Shown here: positions 17,436-36,300 of the stretch, in pieces
Layout of the letters: every line of letters begins with the position of its first letter
How positions within the stretch are numbered: the stretch's first letter is position 1
NCBI RefSeq assembly: GCF_009914755.1
Contig: NC_060925.1
From: the human T2T-CHM13v2.0 reference genome, Homo sapiens
Length of the DNA: 64,000 bases
Reading direction: 5' to 3' (one strand)
Notes under the pieces: generated by a model
The model's database searches: none
What the model saw: the letters and a program-made list of their open reading frames with translations, nothing else
Told to the model about the DNA's origin: nothing
Position numbers and translations under genes: made by a program

Positions 17436-19505
17436 AATAATGCCCTCAAAATAGTAGGGGAGGAGGAGCAAGATGGCTGAAGAGGAGCTTCCACCAATCG
17501 TCCTCCTCATGGGAACACCAAAATTGACACAGCAACTGGGGGATACTGCATTGGAATGCACTGGAATGCAGTGCTGCCACCACTGAATAAAGTACTCTGG
17601 GGTCCTAAATAAACTTGAAAGGCTGTCTAGGCCACAAGGATGGTAACTCCTACTGCTGTGCTGGGCTAAGAGCCAGTAAATGGGAAGAAGAGGAGCCAGG
17701 TAACCTAGTGCCCAGTGAAACACCAGCGAGGTGGCTAAGGGAGTGCTTACATCACCTCTTCTCTAATCCAAAGCAGTGTGGCTTGTAGCTCATGGGGTGA
17801 CTCCATCCTTTCACTTGAGAAAAGGAAAAACAGGATTGGAGAGGACTTTGTCTTGCAACTTGGATGTCAACTTAGCTACAGTGGGATAGGGCACCTGGCA
17901 GAGTCACGGGGCCCTCATTCCAGGCACTAGCTCCTGGATGACATTTCTGGACATGCCCTAGGCTGAAGAAGAGCCTTATTTCTTAAAGGAAAGGACCTGG
18001 TCCTGACAGGATTCGCCACGTGCTGACTGAAGAGCCGTTGAGCCCTGAATAATCATCAGCAACAACCAGGTGGTACAGGCTGTGGGTCTTGAGTGATAGT
18101 ATGAGACATGCTGGCTTCATTCACAGCCATCATGGCTACAGGGAGTGGTCCCTTCTCCTTGAGAAAAGCAAGGGGAGAAATGAAGGGGACTTTGTCTTGA
18201 GCTTGGGTGTCAGCTTGGCCAAAGAGGGACAGGGCATCAGGTGGACTCGTGAGGTCTCTGATTCGGGCCATTGCTCTTGGACAGCATCTCTGGACATGCC
18301 CTGGGCCAAAGAGGAGCCCACTGCAATGAAACATGAGCCCTACACCTGGCAAAATATACCACAAGCTGGCTGAAGAGCCCTTGGATCTGAAGTGAAATTG
18401 GCAGTGCCCTGGCGGTGCTCCCCGTGGGCAGGTGGTAGTGGTGAACACAAGGAGATTCCTCTGCCTGGGGAGTTGGTGAGGGAAGAGTGGGAAGAACTTT
18501 GTCTTGTGTCTTGGATGCCAGCTCAGCCACAGTAGAATAAAGTGCCAGGTAGATTCCTAAAGTTTCTGAATCCAGGTCCTGGTTCCCAGATAGCATCTTT
18601 GGATCCACCTGGAGCACAGGAGAACTTGCCACCCTGAAGGAAGCTACACAAGCCTGTCTGGCTTTGCCACCTGCTGACTGTACAGCCCCCAGGCCTTGAG
18701 CAAACATAGGTGGTAGCCAAGTGGTGGTTACAGTTGACCTCGAGCAAGACTCAGGGCTATGCTGGCTTCAGGTCTAACCCAGTGCAGTCCCAAAGGTGCT
18801 GGCCACAGAGGTACTTGTGTCACCCCTCCTCCAGCTCCAGACAGTTCAAAAGAGAAAGAGACGTTCTGCTTATTTTAGAGAAAGTAAGAGAAAAGAACAA
18901 GAGTCTCTGCCTGGTAATCCAGAGAATTCTTCCAGATTTTATTCAAGGCCACCAAAGTGGTGCACCTATGAGTCTGCAAGAACCAGATCATTACTAGGCT
19001 TGGGGTACCCTTAATGCAGAAACAGCTGCAGTGACCGAAAACTTAGATCACAATACCCAAGTCCCTTTGAATACCTGAAAAGCCTTCCCAAAAAGGAGGA
19101 GTACAAATAAGCCAAGATTGTGAAGACAACAAAAAATATGTAACTCTTCAATGCCCAGACACCATCAAACATCCACAACATTAAAACCATCCAGGAAAAC
19201 AGGACCTCATCAAATGAAAGTGAACTACATAAGGCACTAGGAACCAATCCCAGAGGGACAAAGATGAGACCTTTCAGACAGAGAATTAAAAATAGCTATT
19301 TTGAGGTAACTCAAAGAAATCTAAGATAACACAGAGAAGAAATTCTGAATTATTAAGTTTAACAAAGAGATTGAAATAATTAAAAAGAGTCAAGCAGAAA
19401 TCATGGAGTAAAAACTTGAAATTGATATACTGAAGAATGCATCTGGGTCTCTTAATACCAGAATTGATCAGGCAAAGGAAAAAATTAGTAAGCTCAAAGA
19501 CAGGC

Positions 19506-19939
19506 TGTAGGGTTCACTAGAGGGACAGAACTAATAGGATATATATATATAAAGGGAGTTTATTAAGGAGTATTAATTCACACAATCACAAGATACCACA
19601 ATAGGCCATCTGCAAGCTGAGGAGCAAGGAGAAACAGTCTGAGTACCAAAGCTGAAGAACATAGAGTTTGATGTTCAAGTGCAGGAAGCATCCAGCATGG
19701 GAGAAAGGTGTAGGCTTGAAGGCTAAGCCAGTCTAGTCTTTTCACGTTTTTTCTGCCTGCAACATTCTGGCCACATTGGCAGCTTATTAGATGGTGCCCA
19801 CCTGATTAAGGGTGGGTCTGCCTTTCCCAGCCCACCAACTCAAATGTTAATCTCCTTTGCCAACACCCTCACAGACACACCCAGGATCAATACTTTGCAT
19901 CTACAATCAAATCAAGTTGACACTGAGTATTAACCATCA
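19506..19939 (-). mobile_element. MLT2A-like (HERVL) solo LTR
   Basis: agggttcactagagggacagaactaataggata...gtattaaccatca; flanked by caggc/caggc. Confidence 0.85.
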
Positions 19940-19944
19940 CAGGC

Positions 19945-20320
19945 TGTATTAGTCCATTTTCACACTGCTAAGAAGAAATACCTGAGATTAGTAATTTATA
20001 AAGGAAAGAGTTTTAATGGACTCAAAGTTCCACATGGCCATGGAGACCTAAAGAAACTTACAATCATACTGGAAGGCAAAGAAGAAGCAGGCACCTCCTT
20101 CACAGAGTAACAAGATGGAGTGAGTACAAGCAGGGGAAATGCCAGACGCTTATAAAACCATCAGATCTTATGAGACTCAAGCATTATCACAAGAACAGCA
20201 TGGGAGAAACCACCCGAATGATCCAATTATCTCCACCTGGTCCCACCCTTGACATGTAGGGATTATGGGGATTACAATTCAAGATGAGATTTTGGGTGGG
20301 GAAAGAGCCAAACCGTATCA
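19945..20320 (-). mobile_element. THE1 (MaLR) solo LTR
   Basis: tgtattagtccattttcacactgct...gagccaaaccgtatca. Confidence 0.87.
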
Positions 20321-20764
20321 CAGTTTATATGAAAGTACACAGTCAGAGGAGACAAAAAAAAAAAAGAATGGGAAAGAATGAAGCACATCTACGAGATCTA
20401 GAAAATAGCGTCAACAGGACAAATCTAAGAGTTATTGACCTTAAAGAGGAAGGAGAAAGAGACACATTAAAAGTCAAAACATCTAGCATCTGATCAAACA
20501 TTATGTAGCATGCAATAGTCAGAAAATGCTGCCAATAATTAACAGAATAATCAATCAGTTAAAACTGACCCAGAATTAAAAGAAATGATAAAATAGACAA
20601 GGACATAAAAACTGTTATTTTAACTGTATTCCATATGTTCAAGAAGTTAGAGAAAATATTGTACATATTAGATAGACATATGGGAATGTACAAAAGTTCA
20701 AATTCCACTTTTAGAAACAAAAATATATAATTAACGAGATAAAAAATTATACTGAATGGAATGA

Positions 20765-21223
<459 letters not shown>

Positions 21224-21434
21224 TGAAGTACCTTACAGAAAGAAAAGATTGGAAGAGGAAGGATAGAGAAAAATTATGTGAGGAAATAATGGTCAAAATT
21301 TACCATATTTGATGAAAACTATAAACCCGTATATCCAAGAAAATCAACAAATTGTAAGCCAAGAAACCAGAATAGAATTACAGTAAGGCACATATAATCA
21401 AGTTGCTTAAAACCACTGATATAAAGAAAATCCT

Positions 21435-22008
21435 TTCTCAAAGAACCAACAGTTGACCCACCATTTGACCCTGTATCCCATTACCGGTATATCCTCAAAG
21501 AAAAAAAAAAAATCATTCTACCAAAAAGACACATGCACCCATATGTTCATCGCAGCACTATTTGCAATAGCAAAGCCATGGAATCAAACCAGCTGACCAT
21601 CAATTATGGATTAGAAAAAGAAAATATGGTACATATATGGCATAAAATACTAGACAGCCATAAAAAAGAATGAAATCATATCCTTTGCAGCAACATGGAT
21701 GCAGCTGGCAACAATTATCCTGAGCAAATTAATGCAGATACAGAAAACCAAATACTACATATTCTCACTTATAAGTGGGAGCTAAGCATTGGGTACACAT
21801 GGACATAAAGATGGGAATGATAGACACTGGGGAATACAAGAAGGGGAGGGGGGCAAAGATTGAAAAACCACCTATTGGGTAACAGGCTCACTTCCTGGGT
21901 GACAGGTTCAATTGTACTCCAAACCTCAGCATCACACAATATACCTTTGTAACAAACCTACACATGTACCCCAAGAATAAAAAATAAAAGTTGAAATTGA
22001 AAAAAAAA
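21435..22008 (+). mobile_element. L1PA16/L1PB4-like 3' fragment
   Basis: ORF2 C-terminus, 3'UTR and A tail; TSD aaagaaaatcct/aaaaaaaatcct. Confidence 0.8.
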
Positions 22009-23983
22009 TCCTAAAGCAACCCCAAAAAAGGACACATTATTCACAGAAAAATAAATGTAAGAATAGCTTATTTCTTGTCAGAAACTACCTAGAACAAAGT
22101 GGAACAACATTTTTAAAGTAGTGAAAGAAAAAAATAAAAACTAGAATTATTTATCCAGTAAAAATATGTGCCAAAAACTGAAGTAAATAAGTAAATTTTG
22201 TGGAATTTAAAGTACATTTCAATAAGCTGTTTATAAACAAAATTAAGATTAAATGAAGACTTTATCTGACATACACAAGCTAACAGAATTGATCACCAGC
22301 AGTCCTTCATTACCAATAAATGATAAAGTTTCAAGCAGAAAAAAAAAAGATTCCAGCTGGAAACTGGGGTCTACCTAAAGGAATTAAAGGCAGCAGAAAA
22401 TGTAACTACACAAATAAAGACTTTTTATATTATCTAAACTTATCTTAAAATAATAACAATGTATTGTGTAGTCTATAAAACATATAAAAGTAAAATGTTT
22501 CATAACAATAGCACAAAGGTCAGACGGATAAAAATTGAATTATAATACTCTCAGTTCCATATGCTATACATGAAGTGGCATCACATCATTTGAATATAGA
22601 CTGTGATAAGTTACAGATGTATTTTTTAAGAAATCCATCACTAAAATAACATAAAAGTTATACTTAATAAACAAAGAGAATAAAGTGAGATAATAAAGAC
22701 TACTAGTTCTTTAAGAAAGCAAATAAAATTGATACACTTCACATGGTGATCAATAATAAAAAAGGGAAAAAACAGAAATTATCCATTTTTTAGAATGAGA
22801 TACTGAAATCACTATAGACTCTACAGATATTAAAGGTTAATAAGGAAACATTATGAACAACTTTACACTAATAAATTTGACAAATTAGGTAAAATTGATA
22901 AATTCCTTGAGACACACAAATTACTAAAACTCAGGACAGAAAAATTAAATAATGTGAAAAGCTTCATATAAAATAAAGAAATTGAACTTAAAGATAAAAA
23001 CCTACCCACATAGAAAATTCCATTCCCTTTTAGTTGTTGAACTCCACCAGACATAAGGATAAAAATAACACCAACTCTACACAAACTCTTTCAGAAACTT
23101 GAAAAGAATGCCAGTATTATTCTGGTACAAAAACCAAATGAAGACATTACAAGAAAATAAAACTACAGACCAATATATTCATGAACATATATGCAAAAAT
23201 TCTAAATAAACTTTTCACAAATCAAATCCCACTACACAAAAAAACACATGATGTATCATGATTAACTGGGATTTATATGAAGAACACAAGGTTGGTTTAA
23301 CATTCAAAAATCAACCAATCATCAAATTAACATACCAAAAACATGTAACGATCTCAATATATCCATTAAAAGCATATGATGACGTCAAATACCCACTCAA
23401 TAAGATTCTCAGCAAAATAGGAACAGAGGCCTCAGCATGATAAGAAAAATCAACAAAAAAATACAGTAATATCGTACTTAATGGTAAAAGACTCAATGTT
23501 TTTCCACAAAGATCAGGAGCAAACCAAGGATATCTACATCAACCATTTGTATTCAACATTGTATTTGAAATTTGAGCCAGGTAAATGAGGCAAGAAAAAA
23601 TTTAAAAGCATCCTGATTTGAAAATAGAACTTAAAACTGTCTTTATTCACAGATGACATGATTGCCTATGTAGAAAATCCTACGGAAAAGAATATAAAAG
23701 CACCACTAGAAATAATTAATGAGTATAACAAGATTGCAGGATACAATGTCAATGAACAAAAACCAAGTTTATTTCTACATATCCGCAATGAACAATCATA
23801 AATAGAAATGTTAAAGTACTTCTTACAATAGTGTATAAATATGAAATACTTAAAAATAAATTTGAACAAAGACATACACTATCTCTATATTATAAACTAC
23901 AAAATATTACTGAGAAAAAAATAAAGACTTAAATAAATGAAGATATACTATATTCATGAGTTGAAAGAATATTGTTAAGATAG

Positions 23984-24350
23984 TGCATTAGTCCATTTTC
24001 ACAGTGCTATAAAGATACTACCTGAGACTGGGTAATTTATAAACAAAGAAGGTTTAATTGACTCACAGTTCTGAATGGCTTGGGAGGCCTCAGGAAACTT
24101 ACAATCATGATGGAAGGTGAAGGGGAAACAAGGCACATCTTACATGGTAGCAGAAGAGAGAGAGCAAGACGGGGGAAGTGCCAGACACTTATCAAACAAC
24201 CACATCTCATGAGAACTTACTATCATGAGAACAGCAAGGGGGAAATTCGCCCCCATAATCCAATCACCTCCCATCAGGTCCCTCCCTCAACACATGGGGA
24301 ATGCAATTTGAGATGAGATTTGGGTGAGGAAACAGAGCTAAACAGTATCA
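23984..24350 (-). mobile_element. MSTA/THE1D-like solo LTR
   Basis: tgcattagtccattttcacagtgc...aaacagtatca; TSD gatag/gatgg. Confidence 0.87.
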
Positions 24351-24577
24351 GATGGCAATTTTCCAAAAATTGATCTAAAGATTTAATAAAATTCTAATTA
24401 AAATTCCACTGAGTATCATTTTAGAAATTCACAAGCTGATTCTACAATTTATACAAAAATAGTGAGGACCTAGAAGAGCCAAAAACAACTTTGACAAATA
24501 AGGACAGATTTGGAAGACTAATGCTACCTAACTTCCAGATATATTATGAATTCACAGTAATTAAGGCAATGTGGCCC

Positions 24578-24810
24578 CAGTTGTGTATCCCTAATCCAAA
24601 AATCCAAAATCCAAATGCTGCATAATCCAAAATGTTTTGAACACCGACATGAAACTCAAGAAAAACGTTTAGAGGAGCATCTCAGATTTTGGGTTGGCAG
24701 ATTAATAATGATCAACTGGTAACTATAATGGAAATATTCCAAAATAAAAAAAATCCAAAATCTAAAACATTTCTTTTCCCACACAATTCAAATAAGGGAT
24801 ATTGAAACTG
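24578..24810. mobile_element. Tigger4a/MER46-like DNA transposon MITE
   Basis: Imperfect terminal inverted repeats cagttgtgtatccctaat...ataagggatattgaaactg followed by TA. Confidence 0.75.
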
Positions 24811-27787
24811 TACTGGCATCAAGATAGGAAAATATATCAATGGAACAGAATAGAGAGTTCAGAAATAAAACTAGACATACATGGTCAGTTGATTTTCAGC
24901 AATGATGCAAAGGCAGTTCAGTCAAGAAAATATAATAGTCATTTTAAAAATTAGATTGAGAACAACTGGATGTTCACATGCAAAAAGAAAAAAAAACTTC
25001 AATCCCTATGTGGCACCTTATAAAAATGTTATTTAAAATGAATCATTGGCCTTAAATTAATATGAAAACTATAAAATTCCTAGAAGAAAAACATAATAAA
25101 AATCTTTGTAACCTTCAGACAGACAAACTCTTCTTACACACATTACCAAAAGTAAGATCAATAAAAGAAATTGATAAACTGGACTTAATCAAAATTAGGA
25201 ACATCTACCCTTTGAAAGACAAGAGAATGGGAAGTCAAGACACTAACCGGATGAAAAGTGTAAATCAGGTATCTGATAAAACACATATCAAGAATATATA
25301 ACAACCCCTCAAAACTCAAAAATAAGAAAGAATGACAGCAGCAAAATGGAAAAATAAAAAATCCCAACCCACTTTCCTCCCCACAAACCCTCCTAGACAG
25401 AAACATTGATGAAAAAACAATATTTGGGTCAAAATACCATTATCAAACCCAACTGAAAAATTCCCTAGAGAGCTTCTAAAGTCGTCTGACGAAGCCCACT
25501 AAAGAATCAGCAAATGCAAAAACTAAAATTATTCAATCAGAGTAGAAAATAGAAAAATAGTTTAAAAAGAGTCAAGGAAGTCTACAAACCTTATGAAACA
25601 CAGGCGGGAAAACCTGTATACACATCATGGGAATGCCAAAGAAGACGAGAGACCAAAAACGTCAGAAAGCATATTTAAAGGAAGAATAGGGTTCAAATAC
25701 TTCACAAATCTTCTGAGGGAAATGGACATCCAGATTTATGAAGCCCAAAATATCCCAAACAGGATGAACCCCAGGAATTCTACACTGAGATAAACCTGCA
25801 ATCAAATTTTCAAAATTTAAAGGCAGAAAGAAATTTGAAAGCAGCAAGATAAAAACAAATAGTAATGTACAAGTGAGTTCCCAAGGCTATCACCAATTTC
25901 CCAGGAGAAATATTGCACATCAGAGGGAGAGGGCATATAATTCAAAGTAATAAAAAAAACTGTCAACCAAGAATACTATCCCCAGCATAACTGTCCTTCA
26001 AAAATGAAGAGATAGAGGTTCCCAAACAAAAGCTGAGGAAATATGTTACCATTATTCCTGTCTTACAAAAAATGCTAAGGGAATTCAACAAAAGAATGAA
26101 AAGGTGCTAAACAGCAACACAAAAGCATATGAAAGTAAAAAACTCACTATGAAATATAATATATAGACAAATTAGAATACTGTCATACTGTAATGATAGA
26201 GTATAAATAACTTGTCATTTCAGTGTAAAAATTTAAAAAACAATATTAAGAACTATAAATTACAAAAACTTGTTAATGGATTCACAATAAAAAAGACGCA
26301 AATTATGACAATAACAAAGTGTGAGGGGGGTGAAATAAAAGTGCAGTTTTGTAAGCAGTTGAAGTTAAGTTGTTATCAGCTAAAAACAAACTATTGTAAC
26401 TACAGAATATTTTATAGACACCTAATGACCATCACAAATACATACAAAAGACATAGAAAAGAAAAAGAGAAAGGAGTAAAAAACATTATAAGAACATCAG
26501 CAAAAACACAAAGGGAGATAGCAAGTGAGGAAAAAAGAAACACAATCAGACAGGACACAATTAAAATAGTAATAATCCATCTCTGTTAATAATTACTTTA
26601 ACATAAATTAAACTCCCCAGTCAAAACACATACAATGGCTGAATATATAATAAAACAAGATCCAAGTATATGTTGTCTACAAAAGATTTATTTTATTTTA
26701 GCTTTAAGGACACATGTGGGCTGAAAATGAAGGCATAAATAAAAACAAGGGACAAGGAAACACATACAACTATAAAAGGATAAAATCATCATAAGTAGAT
26801 AGCAATGTGTACATATGAGAGCTATTAAATATAGAAAGCAAATATAAACAGAACTGAAAGGAGAAATCAACAGCAATACAATAATAGTAAGATATTTAAA
26901 TGCAGCAGTGTCAAAAACAGGATATCCAGACAGAAAATCAATAAAAGATAAAACTTTAGGTAAAATGGACCTAAGAGACATATTCAAACATTTTACCCAA
27001 CAGCAGCAGAATATAAATTCTACCGAAGCACACATGGAACATTCTCTATAAGTAGTCATATGTGAGGTCACAAAAAGAGTCTTGATAAATTTAAGAAAAC
27101 TGAAGTCACATCAGGTGTCTTTTACAACCACAACTATATACCACAACTGGTATAAAACTAGGAATCAATAACAGGAAAAAAGTTGAAAGATTCACGATTA
27201 CAGAAAAATTCAGCTGCATGCTTCTGAACAACCAATGGGTCAAAAAAGAAATTAAAAGGAAAATCAAAAATTATCTTGAAACAAATTAAAATGTCAACAA
27301 AATATACCAAAACCTGTGATGCAACAAAAGTGGTTCTCAGACACTTTAGACCAATAAATACCTATAGTAAGAATAAGAAAGATCTTAAATGAGTAACCTA
27401 ACTGTACACCTCAAGAGACTAGAAAAAGAAGAACAAACAAAACCCAAAGCTGGTAGAAGAAAGTAAATAATAAAATATCTGAGCAGAAATCAGAGATACA
27501 AAAAAAAAAAAAAATAGGAGAGGGCAGCCAAGATGGCCGAATAGGAACAGCTCCGATCTACAGCTCCCAACGTGAGCGATACAGAAAACAGGCGATTTCC
27601 GCATTTCCATCTGAGGCACCGGGTTCATCTCACTAGGGAGTGCCAGACAGTGGGCACAGGACAGTGGGTGCAGCGCACCGTGTGCGAGTCAAAGCAGGGC
27701 AAGGCATTGCCTCACTCGGGAAGTGCAAGGGGTCAGGGAGTTCCCTTTCTGAGTCAAAGAAAGGGGTGACAGACAGCACCTGGAAAA

Positions 27788-27970
27788 TCAGGTCACTCCC
27801 ACCCTAATACAGCGCTTTTCCGATGGGCTTAAAAAACGGCGCTCCAGGAGATTATATCCCGCACATGGCTCAGAGGGTCCTACACCCACAGAGTCTCGCT
27901 GATTGCTAGCACAGCAGTCTGAGATCAAACTGCAAGGCGGCAGCAAGGCTGGGGGAGGGGCGCCCGCCAT
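27788..27970 (-). pseudogene. ORF0: L1 ORF0 of copy B, truncated at 60 aa
   Basis: MAGAPPPALLPPCSLISDCCASNQRDSVGVGPSEP...RVGVT then stop. Confidence 0.65.
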
Positions 27971-28297
27971 TGCCCAGGCTTGCTTAGATAAACAAAGCAG
28001 CCGGGAAGCTCGAACTGGGTGGAGCCCACCACAGCTCAAGGTTGCCTGCCTGCCTCTGTAGGCTCCACCTCTGGGGGCAGGGCACAGACAAACAAAAAGA
28101 CAGCAGTAACCTCTGCAGACTTAAATGTCCCTGTCTGACAGCTTTGAAGAGAGCAGTGGTTCTCCCAGCAGGCAGCTGGAGATCTGAGAACGGGCAGACT
28201 ACCTCCTCAAGTGGGTCCCTAACCCCTGACCCCTGAGCAGCCTAACTGGGAGGCACCCCCCCAGTAGGGGCAGACTGACACCTCACATGGCCGGGTA

Positions 28298-28426
28298 CTC
28301 CTCTGAGACAAAACTTCCACAGGAACTATCAGACAGCAGCATTCGCGGTTCATGAAAATCCGCTGTTCTACGGCCACCGCTGCTGATACCCAGGCAAACA
28401 GGGTCTGGAGTGGACCTCTAGCAAAC
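28298..28426 (+). promoter_or_regulatory. ~129-bp L1 5'UTR segment with the ZNF93 repressor site (lost in later L1PA3 to L1HS)
   Basis: ctcctctgagacaaaacttcc...ggacctctagcaaac is present between gggta and tccaacagacc. Confidence 0.65.
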
Positions 28427-28554
28427 TCCAACAGACCTGCAGCTGAGGGTCCTGTCTGTTAGATGGAAAACTAACAAACAGAAAGGACATCCACACCAAA
28501 AACCCATCTGTACGTCACCATCATCAAAGACCAAAAGTAGATAAAATCACAAAG

Positions 28555-29573
28555 ATGGGGAAAAAACAGAGCAGAAAAACTGGAAACTCTAAAAAGCAGA
28601 GCGCCTCTCCACCTCCAAAGGAACACAGTTCCTCCCCAGCAATGGAACAACGCTGGAGGGAGAATGACTTTGATGAGTTGAGAGAAGAAGGCTTCAGACG
28701 ATCAAACTACTCCAAGCTACAGGAGGAAATTCAAACCAAAGGCAAAGAAGATAAAAAGTTTGAAAACAATTTAGATGAATGTATAACTAGAATAACCAAT
28801 ATACAGAAGTGCTTAAAGGAGCTGATGGAGCTGAAAGCCGAGGCTCGAGAACTACGTGAAGAATGCAGAAGCCTCAGGAGCCGATGCGATCAACTGCAAG
28901 AAAGGGTATCAGCGATGGAAGATGAAATGAATGAAATGAAGCAAGAAGGGAAGTTTAGAGAAAAAAGAATAAAAAGAAACGAACAAAGCCTCCAAGAAAT
29001 ATGGGACTATGTGAAAAGACCAAATCTGCGTCTGATTGGGGTACCTTAAAGTGACGGGGAGAATGGAACCAAGTTGGAAAACACTCTGCAGGACATTACC
29101 CAGGAGAACTTCCCCAAACTAGCAAGGCAGGCCAACATTCAGATTCAGGAAATACAGAGAACGCCACAAAGATACTCCTCGAGAAGAGCAACTCCAGGAC
29201 ACATAATTGTCAGATTCACCAAAGTTGAAATGAAGGAAAAAATGTTAAGGGCAGCCAGAGAGAAAGGTCGGGTTACCCACAAAGGGAAGCCCATCAGACT
29301 AACAGCGGATCTCTCGGCAGAAACTCTACAAGCCAGAAGAGAGTGGGAGCCAATATTCAACATTCTTAAGGAAAAGAATTTTCAACCCAGAATTTCATAT
29401 CCAGCCAAACTAAGCTTCATAAAAGTGAAGGAGAAATAAAATCCTTTACAGACAAGCAAATGCTGAGAGATTTTGTCACCACAAGGCCTGCCATAAAAGA
29501 GCTCCTGAAGGAAGCACTAAACAAGGAAAGGAACAACCGGTACCAGCCACTACAAAATCATGCCGAATTATAC
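28555..29573 (+). pseudogene. L1 ORF1p of copy B, disrupted
   Basis: Stop at 29047-29049 and +2 frameshift at 29421-29424. Confidence 0.92.
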
Positions 29574-29636
29574 AGACCATCGAGGCTAGGAAGAAACTGC
29601 ATCAACTAACGAGCAAAATAACCAGCTAACATCATC

Positions 29637-33321
<3,685 letters not shown>

Positions 33322-36300
33322 ACAATGAGAACACATGGACACAGGAAGGGGAACATCACACTCTGGGGACTGTTGTGGGGTGGGGGTATGGGGGAGGGAT
33401 AGCATTAGGAGATATACCTAATGCTAAATGACGAGTTAATGGGTGCAGCACACCAGCATGGCACATGTATACATATGTAACTAACCTGCACATTGTGCAC
33501 ATGTACCCTAAAACTTAAAGTATAATAATAATAAAAAAAATAGAAAAGATTCACAAAACTAAGTGTTGAATTTTTGAGAAAATAAAATTATTAAACTTTT
33601 AGCTTAAGTGAGAAGGAAAAAAGTTTCAAATAAATAAAAATATAAATGAAAGAGCAGACATTACAACTGACACCACAGAAATACAAAGGATCATAAAAGA
33701 GTACTATGAACAATTATGAGCCAACAAATTGGATAATGTAGGAGAAACTGGTAATCCCTAGACATATACAACCTACCTAATAACTGAAGACAACCTAGAG
33801 ACTGAATTATGAAAAAATAGAAAATCTGAACAGACCAATAACAAGTAGATTTAATCAGTAGTTTTTTAAGTCTCCCGTCAAAGAAAAGTATAGAACCAGA
33901 TTACTTCACTGGTGAATTCTACCAAACATTTGCAGAAGTAATGCTAATCCTTCTCAGTCTTCCCAAAAACTTCACAGAGGAGAGCACTTCCAAACTCATT
34001 TTACAAACCTATTTTCTCAAGAATGTACAGGAGAGAATACTACCAAATTCATTTTTGTATCATCATTACCCTGACACCAAAGTCAAAGCAAATTACTACA
34101 AGAAAAGAAAAATATAGGCCAATATCCAGGATGAACATGATGCAAAAATCCTCAACCAAACACTAACAAACCAGATTCAACAACACATTAAAAGTATCAT
34201 ACACTATTATCAAGTTGGCTTTATAACTAGGATACAAGAAGAGTTCAACATAAGAAAATTAATAAATGTGATGTACCCATTAATAGAATAAAAGATAAAA
34301 AATTATATGATCATCTCAATAGATGCAGAAAGAAAATGTGACAAAATTAAAAATCTGTTCATGATTTTAAAAAAACTCTCAAAAATTAAGTATAGAAGAA
34401 ATAAACCTCAACATATTAAAGACCATATATGGCAAGCCCACAGCTAATACCATACTCAACAGAGAAAAATTGAAAGCTTTTCCTCCAAGGTCAGGAACAA
34501 CACAAGGATACCCATTCTCATCACTTGTATTCAATACAGTACTGACAGTACAAGCCAGAGTAATTAGGCAAGAAAAAGAAATAAAAGGAATCCAAAATGG
34601 AATGTAAGTAAAATTATATGATCTTTTACATAGAAAACCCTTAAAACACCACCAGAAGTTATAACAACTAATAAAGTAATTAAGTAAAATGTTAAAATAA
34701 ATAATCAACATATGAAAATCAGTATCTTCATACACTGAAAATGATTATACAAAAAACAAATCAATCACATTTATAATAGCATCAAAAATACTTAGAAATA
34801 AATTCATTCAAGTAAATAACATATTTGTACACTGAAAACTACAAAGTGAACAAGTAAAACTGAAGAAGACACAAATAAATATAAACCTCATGTCGATAGA
34901 CCGGGAAAATTAATATTGCCAAAATGTCCATACTAAACAAAGCAATCTATGAATTCAAAGCAACCCCTATGAAAATTACAATGACATTTTTCACAAGAAT
35001 AGAAAAAACAATCCTAAAATTCTTATGGAACCACATAAGACATCAAATAGCCAAAGCAAACTTGAGCGAAAAAACAAAGGGAAGGCATTACACTACCTGA
35101 TTTCAAAACATATGATAAACCTGTAGTAATCAAGCAACATGGCACTAGCATAAAAATAGACATATAGACCAACAAGACAGAAAACATCCCAGAAATAAAT
35201 CCACATATTTACTATCAACTGATGTTCAACAAAGGTGTCAAGAACATACCATAATAAAATAACAGTTTCTTCAATAAATAGTGTTGGAAAGATTGTCTAT
35301 CCACATGCAAAAGAATGAAATTGTATCCCTTGTACCATACGTACACAAAAATCAACTCAAAATGAATTAAAGACTTAAACATACAATGTGAAACTGTAAA
35401 ACAATAAAACATAGAGGGAAAGCTTCTTGACCTTAGTCTGAGTAATGAATTTTTGTACATGGTATCAAAAGCACAGACAACAAAAGCAAAAAATAGACAA
35501 ATGGGATTGTATCAAATCAAAAAAATCAACTGAGTGACGAGACAACCTATAGAATACAAGCAAATATTTGCAAACCATATATCTGATAAGAGGTTAATAT
35601 ACAAAATACATAGGCAACTCAAATAATTCAATATCAATCAATAAATAGAAATAACCATTTTCAAAATGAGCCAAGGACCTGAATAGACATTTCTCTAAAG
35701 AAGTCATTCAAATGACCAGCAGGCAGGTATATAAAAAGGTGCTCAACATCACTAATCATCAGGCAAATGAAAATTAAAATCATAATGAAATATCACCTCA
35801 CAGCTGTTAGAATGGTTATGAGCAAAGAGACAAAGGATAACAAGTGTCGCCAAAAATGTGAAGAAAAGGAAATCCTTGTGCACACTGTTGGGAATGTAAG
35901 TTAATATGGCCATTATGAAAAACAGTATGGAGAGGATCATGGCAGATGGGAGGCAGGAGTAGATTGCAGTTCCCACTCCGATGGACAGAGCAGCATGTGA
36001 AGTACTGCATCATGAACTTTTGCTCTAGAACTACTGCAGGAATAAATCAGGAAAGCCAAGAGAACCCACCAACCCTCTAAAGGAAGCGGATTGCTCCTGC
36101 AGGACCTGGGAAACATCCCAAATACTCTAAGTGCCCAAACTGTAAACGTGTAAAAGGGGGATCATCCGCCCCTGAACACACACCCTGACTGGGGAACCTG
36201 AAGGTCTACACCAAAGACAATATTCTAACCTTACCTGGAGCTAAGTCAATTTAGAGAACCGAGAGAAATACAGGGGTAGATGAAACAGTGGGAAAAGCCC

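Larger units (their letters stand above)
17457..20460 (+). mobile_element. 5' part (5'UTR with three ~320-bp units plus ORF1) of an L1M1/L1MA-type element
   Basis: Starts ggggaggaggagcaagatggc; repeated actttgtcttg..cttgg..cag units near 17845, 18190 and 18497; ORF1 remnant NLRVIDLKEE. Interrupted by two LTRs; 3' part absent. Confidence 0.75.

Noticed and set aside
17840-18620. Three spaced ~320-bp repeats as a novel or CRISPR-like array
   Set aside because: They are diverged tandem units of an old L1 5' UTR, with no repeat-spacer structure.
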